Shown one piece after another: positions 28,425 to 32,000 of a stretch of 32,000 nucleotides of DNA. The notes beneath the pieces are model-generated. The model ran no database searches. It was given only the letters and a program-made list of their open reading frames with translations, and was not told where the DNA came from. The position numbers and the translations under genes are program-made. Source of the DNA: Propionibacterium ruminifibrarum (GTDB lineage Bacteria > Actinomycetota > Actinomycetes > Propionibacteriales > Propionibacteriaceae); assembly GCF_900289195.1 (NCBI RefSeq), contig NZ_OMOH01000010.1, forward strand, positions 53,235-85,234, in the 5' to 3' direction. Position 1 is the first letter of the stretch. Every line of letters begins with the position of its first letter.

Positions 28425-29441
28425 TCAGTGCAGCTGGTCGAGCGCCTCGATCACTGGGCCGGGGTCAGCGCCGGACCCGCGGTCCGCGGCGCGCCAGACC
28501 AGCTGCAGCGCGGCCCAGAGCGCGTCGAGCTGGCTCTCGCGCTCAGTGCCGTGGCCGCTGATCTGCACCCGGGCGTCGTCGATCCGGGCGACTGCCGCCC
28601 CGCAGCGCGCGGTGTCGTCGCTGATCTCGACGGTGCGGGCCGGTTTCAGCAGGGCCCTGATGTCGTAGCCCACATGGGTGGGGCGCCACGAGGGATCGGC
28701 GGCGAACAGGTCCCGCATGCCGTGGGCGCCGGTGAACACGAACAGCGAGTCCATCCCGGCGTTGAAGGCGCCCTCGATGTCGGTGTCGAGCCGGTCGCCG
28801 ACGAAGATCGGGTGCTCGGCGGACAGCCGGCGGACGGTCTCGCGCAGCAGGGGCGGGAACGGTTTGCCCGCCATCTCGGGCTCGGCCCCCGGCTCCAGGC
28901 AGACCCTCAGGGTGGCGATCTGGGTGCCCAGACCCGGTTCGAGTCCGAGATCGGTCGGGCGGGTCATGTCGGGGTTGGTGGCATACCAGCGGGCACCGCC
29001 CTGCACGGCGTGCGCGGCGTCGGTGACACGCGGCCAAGTCATCTCGGGATCGTAGCCCTGGATGACGGCGACCGGCCCGTCCTGGCTGCTCCACACCGGG
29101 GTGAGCCCGACGGCTTCGATCTCGGCGGCCAGCGCCGGGGTGCCGCAGATGAGCACCTTGGCCGCTGGCGGCAGTGCCTCGGCGAGCATGCGCGCCGAGG
29201 CCTGGGCGCTCGTCACGACGTCGGCGAGCCCGCAGTCGATGCCCAGTCTCGTCAGGTGGTCGGCGACGGTCTGGGGGGTGCGCGCGGCGTTGTTGGTGAC
29301 GAAACCCACGGTGACGCCCTCGGCTCGCAGCCCCTCGACCCCCTCCGGCGCGCCCTCGACGGATCGCGGGCCTAGGTAGATGACGCCGTCCAGGTCGAAA
29401 AGCGCCGCGTCGTACCGGCCGCACAGCATGTCCCTGGTCAC
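28425..29441 (-). CDS. HAD-superfamily hydrolase, subfamily IIA (NagD/Rv1692-like phosphatase)
   Basis: Motif I LFDLDGVIY, FVTNN, motif IV VGDRLDTDIEGA, plus an extra C-terminal ~80 aa. Confidence 0.88.
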   Translation of the reverse strand: MTRDMLCGRYDAALFDLDGVIYLGPRSVEGAPEGVEGLRAEGVTVGFVTNNAARTPQTVADHLTRLGIDCGLADVVTSAQASARMLAEALPPAAKVLICGTPALAAEIEAVGLTPVWSSQDGPVAVIQGYDPEMTWPRVTDAAHAVQGGARWYATNPDMTRPTDLGLEPGLGTQIATLRVCLEPGAEPEMAGKPFPPLLRETVRRLSAEHPIFVGDRLDTDIEGAFNAGMDSLFVFTGAHGMRDLFAADPSWRPTHVGYDIRALLKPARTVEISDDTARCGAAVARIDDARVQISGHGTERESQLDALWAALQLVWRAADRGSGADPGPVIEALDQLH

Positions 29442-31609
29442 TCGTCCTCCTCGGTCTCGTCAGTCTGGAGATCCTGCGGCTCGGGCACGGTCTCGATCTC
29501 AACGGTGGCGGGGCCGGCCTCGGGTTCGGCTGCTGCCTTGGGCTCGTCGGGGGTGCCCCCAGCGTCCCATCCTGCTACCGGGGCACCCGCACCACCCGGT
29601 GCCTCATCGGCCAACCCCGGTTCCGGCTCCACGGGGACGTCGGAGTGGAACGTGATGGCGCCCTCGGGCAGCTCATCGCCATCTGCATCTGCCTCGCCGT
29701 CCGCCGGCTCCTGCTCGGGTTCGGGCTCCTGCTCCTCGACGTAGAGGTCCTCGTCGGTCTCGTCGATCGAGGCCCGGAAGTCGTCGGGTACCTCGGCCCC
29801 CAGGCTCTCCAGGCGCTCGGCGATGTCGAGGCTGTGCGCCTTGTCGAGCCGTCCCGCCGCCATGAACCACGTGATGGCGCCGCCGGTGTCCCCGCCGGCG
29901 GCGAGCAGGTCCGCGTAGGCGTACCGGAGTCTGGCCTGCGATGCGGCCTTGCCGATCTTGCTCTCGATGGCGCTGCGGAGCACGCGGAGGGCCTCGTCGT
30001 CTTGGCCCATGTCGTGTCGCAGCCCCGCCTCGACGAGGATCAGTTCGACGCGCTGGGTGACGCCCAGACGCGCCTCGTGGCCCTGGCGGATGGTGCGCAG
30101 CGCGTGGTCATGGCGGCCGATGGCCCGCTCGCAGTCTGCGATGACGGGCAGGTACTCGTCGTTGCCGGTCATGCGGGCCACGGCACGGTATTCGGTGAGT
30201 GCGGTCGCGTAGTCCTCCGCCGCGTAGGCGGTCTCAGCCGCCGCCTCGCGGACGATGGGCAGCCTGGCGGCCCGACGCCGGGCCGCCTGGGCGTGCCGGT
30301 TGGCCAGCTCCGGGTCCTCCTCGATCAGCTCGCCGGCGGCGATGAGATGGGCCATCACCTCACGGGCGAGCTCCTTCGGCAGACCACGGAGCTCGGCGCG
30401 CACTGGCGCCGACAGCAGACGGTCGTCGAAGTCGAGGCTGACCTCCGGTTCGTCCGCGGGACGCTCCAGCCCGGGGGCAGGCACCCGGGCGTCCTGGCGC
30501 GCACGCGCATCGTCATGCCCGCTGTCACGACGGCCGTCCCACTGCCGACGGTCGGAACGAGCCCCCCGCCGGTCGGTGCGGGCATTGTCGCCCCGGTCAC
30601 GGCCGGTGCCCCACTGCCTGCGGCCAGAGCGTTCACCGCGTTCGTCCCCATGCCGGTCGGTGCGGCCGTTGCCGCCCCGGTCACGACCGGTGCCCCACTG
30701 CCTGCGGCCAGAGCGCTCACCGCGTTCGTCCCCATGCCGGTCGGTGCGGCCGTTGCCGCCCCGGTCACGACCGCTGCCCCACTGCCTGCGGCCAGAGCGG
30801 CCATCACGGTCATCTGCACGACGGTCGCGTCGACCGTCGTCGTGCCAGGAACGGTCTCCCCGGCCGCGGCCGTCCGAGCTGTTGGAGAACTCTCGTTTCC
30901 CGCCCCGGTCGGCTCCGTCGCGCGGCCGGCCATCGTCGTACCAGCGACGGTCGCCCCGGTCACGGCCACCGCGCTGGCCGCTGTCCCGCTCGTCACGACG
31001 ACGGTCGTCACGGCGCGAGTCATCGCGGCGGTTCCCACCACGCTGGGTCCAACCATCGCGAGTGCGCCCTCCTCGCTCCGCTCGGCGATCGTCACCGGCC
31101 CAGCGACGCTCTGTGCGCCCAGGACGGCGATCGCCCCAGGCGCTCCGTTCGCCGCGCTCCTGACGGTCGTTCCAGCCGCCGCGGTTCTCGCGGCGTTCGC
31201 CCGCATCCCAGCGGCGCCCCGTGCTCTCGCCGGCCCGGTTCTGGCTGGGGCGCCGTCCACGGTCGGACCAGGAGACGGGGCCTCGACGCTCTCGCCGGCC
31301 CTCACCCGCACCTGTCGCACGGCCTCGATCGTTGCTGTACCGGCTGTCCCAGCCGTTGGCACCCTCGCGGGCTGAACCCGTACCGCTCTCACGGCTGTCC
31401 CAGCCGGCACGCCGGGAATCGCGGCCCCCACGCGGTGCTGAGCCATCGCGGCTCCGGCCTGTGCCGGCCCCGCGGCCACGCCATGTGTCGCGTCCGTTGG
31501 AGCGCCGATCGGAGGAACGCTCCCCCCGGCCGGTCTGAGGCCGGGTGCGTCGGCCGTCTCGCCCTCGGGAGGGGCCTCGCGAGCCCGAGTGATCCGATGA
31601 ATTGTCCAT
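29438..31609 (-). CDS. TPR-like repeat protein with ~390-aa Arg/Gly/Asp/Trp-rich disordered N-terminus and acidic C-terminal tail
   Basis: 723-aa ORF. The helical-repeat core (aa ~400-600) has TPR-like A/L/Y periodicity (AAETAYAAEDYATALTEYRAVARM...). 4-nt overlap with the HAD gene start. GGAG upstream of ATG 31609. Confidence 0.75.
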   Translation of the reverse strand: MDNSSDHSGSRGPSRGRDGRRTRPQTGRGERSSDRRSNGRDTWRGRGAGTGRSRDGSAPRGGRDSRRAGWDSRESGTGSAREGANGWDSRYSNDRGRATGAGEGRRERRGPVSWSDRGRRPSQNRAGESTGRRWDAGERRENRGGWNDRQERGERSAWGDRRPGRTERRWAGDDRRAERGGRTRDGWTQRGGNRRDDSRRDDRRRDERDSGQRGGRDRGDRRWYDDGRPRDGADRGGKREFSNSSDGRGRGDRSWHDDGRRDRRADDRDGRSGRRQWGSGRDRGGNGRTDRHGDERGERSGRRQWGTGRDRGGNGRTDRHGDERGERSGRRQWGTGRDRGDNARTDRRGARSDRRQWDGRRDSGHDDARARQDARVPAPGLERPADEPEVSLDFDDRLLSAPVRAELRGLPKELAREVMAHLIAAGELIEEDPELANRHAQAARRRAARLPIVREAAAETAYAAEDYATALTEYRAVARMTGNDEYLPVIADCERAIGRHDHALRTIRQGHEARLGVTQRVELILVEAGLRHDMGQDDEALRVLRSAIESKIGKAASQARLRYAYADLLAAGGDTGGAITWFMAAGRLDKAHSLDIAERLESLGAEVPDDFRASIDETDEDLYVEEQEPEPEQEPADGEADADGDELPEGAITFHSDVPVEPEPGLADEAPGGAGAPVAGWDAGGTPDEPKAAAEPEAGPATVEIETVPEPQDLQTDETEEDE
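30605..30799. repeat. In-frame 84-bp tandem repeat (2 full copies + 27-nt partial) inside the TPR/IDR gene
   Basis: Copies 30605-30688 and 30689-30772 differ at one base (T/C at repeat position 28). A third copy at 30773-30799 matches 26/27 and then diverges. A degenerate, shorter copy lies at ~30530-30604. The unit encodes the 28-aa sequence RSGRRQWGTGRDRGGNGRTDRHGDERGE. Confidence 0.9.
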
Positions 31610-31902
31610 GATTCCGTCCTACTCCGGCTGCGATACGACGCTATTGATGAGTGAAGAGTCAATGATGATTGAGAAGGGCGGCCGTCACCGCCTCGGGCAA
31701 GCTTACCTGCTCGCCGGCCGCCCGTGAGAATGGACCGGTCAGAGACCCGCTGGTGTGCACGTGCCGGTCTTGCCCGTGTTGGTTCTCAGCAGGCCCGCCG
31801 AGACCCACCCCGGCTACTGCGCTGAGGACGCGGACACCGTCTTTCGCGTCGGCCCCATCAAGCAGTGTCCCGTGGCCGAACAGTGCCCCGTGTTAAATGG
31901 TG

Positions 31903-31933
31903 GTGTCCCCGGCCAGCATGTGGCCGGGGACAC
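31903..31933 (-). terminator. rRNA-operon intrinsic terminator hairpin
   Basis: Perfect 13-bp stem GTGTCCCCGGCCA/TGGCCGGGGACAC with a 5-nt loop, about 14 nt after the 5S end, followed on the minus strand by CCATTTAACA. Confidence 0.75.
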
Positions 31934-31946
31934 TCGTTGTGGAATG

Positions 31947-32000
31947 TGTGCGGCGGTTTCCTACTCTCCCACACGCTCCCGCGTGCAGTACCATCGGCGC
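31947..32000 (-). rRNA. rrf: 5S rRNA, 3' portion (continues beyond window end)
   Basis: The reverse complement reads GCGCCGATGGTACTGCACGCGGGAGCGTGTGGGAGAGTAGGAAACCGCCGCACA, matching the conserved 3' half of bacterial 5S rRNA (CCGATGGTACTG...GGGAGAGTAGG). The exact 3' end is +/- a few nt. Confidence 0.9.

Noticed and set aside
30530-30799. 84-bp tandem repeats considered as a CRISPR-like or satellite array
   Set aside because: The units are contiguous with no spacers, are in frame inside a long ORF, and encode a repeating peptide. No cas genes are present.

Overview
High-GC actinobacterial chromosomal window, almost entirely coding and mostly on the minus strand. All product calls come from reading motifs in the supplied translations and in my own translations; no database search was possible. 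Gene order from left to right: (1) smc 5' part, GtrA-like, mutM, rnc, rpmF, DUF177/YceD, coaD, rsmD; (2) a divergent PPOX-like gene; (3) recG, rpmB, RNase J; (4) GNAT, MFS transporter, mannitol-dehydrogenase family; (5) xerD, NUDIX, pyrG, recN, nadK, tlyA, small ORF; (6) an XRE-type HTH gene and a Ser/Thr kinase, divergent from a secreted vWA protein; (7) bioY-ecfA-ecfT (bioYMN); (8) HAD-IIA hydrolase and a TPR protein with a very unusual Arg/Gly/Asp/Trp-rich N-terminal half; (9) the 3' end of a 5S rRNA with its terminator. No CRISPR array, transposase, phage gene or tRNA was seen. The best candidate for something undescribed is the HTH / tail-anchored kinase / exported vWA trio at 22369-26194. 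It interrupts a housekeeping synteny block, and its two promoter regions share an AT-rich TTTGC/GCAAA dyad and the identical 9-mer GCAAAGTGC. Other observations: a recurrent TAG(G/T)CT -10-like box 6-8 nt upstream of nine start codons, implying leaderless mRNAs; a TGAAC-N3-GTTCA (BioQ-type) palindrome upstream of bioY; a near-perfect in-frame 84-bp tandem duplication in the disordered-region gene; a palindrome-rich 380-bp leader with a cryptic HTH-like coding remnant upstream of the MFS gene. The many long antisense ORFs in the track are high-GC artefacts.
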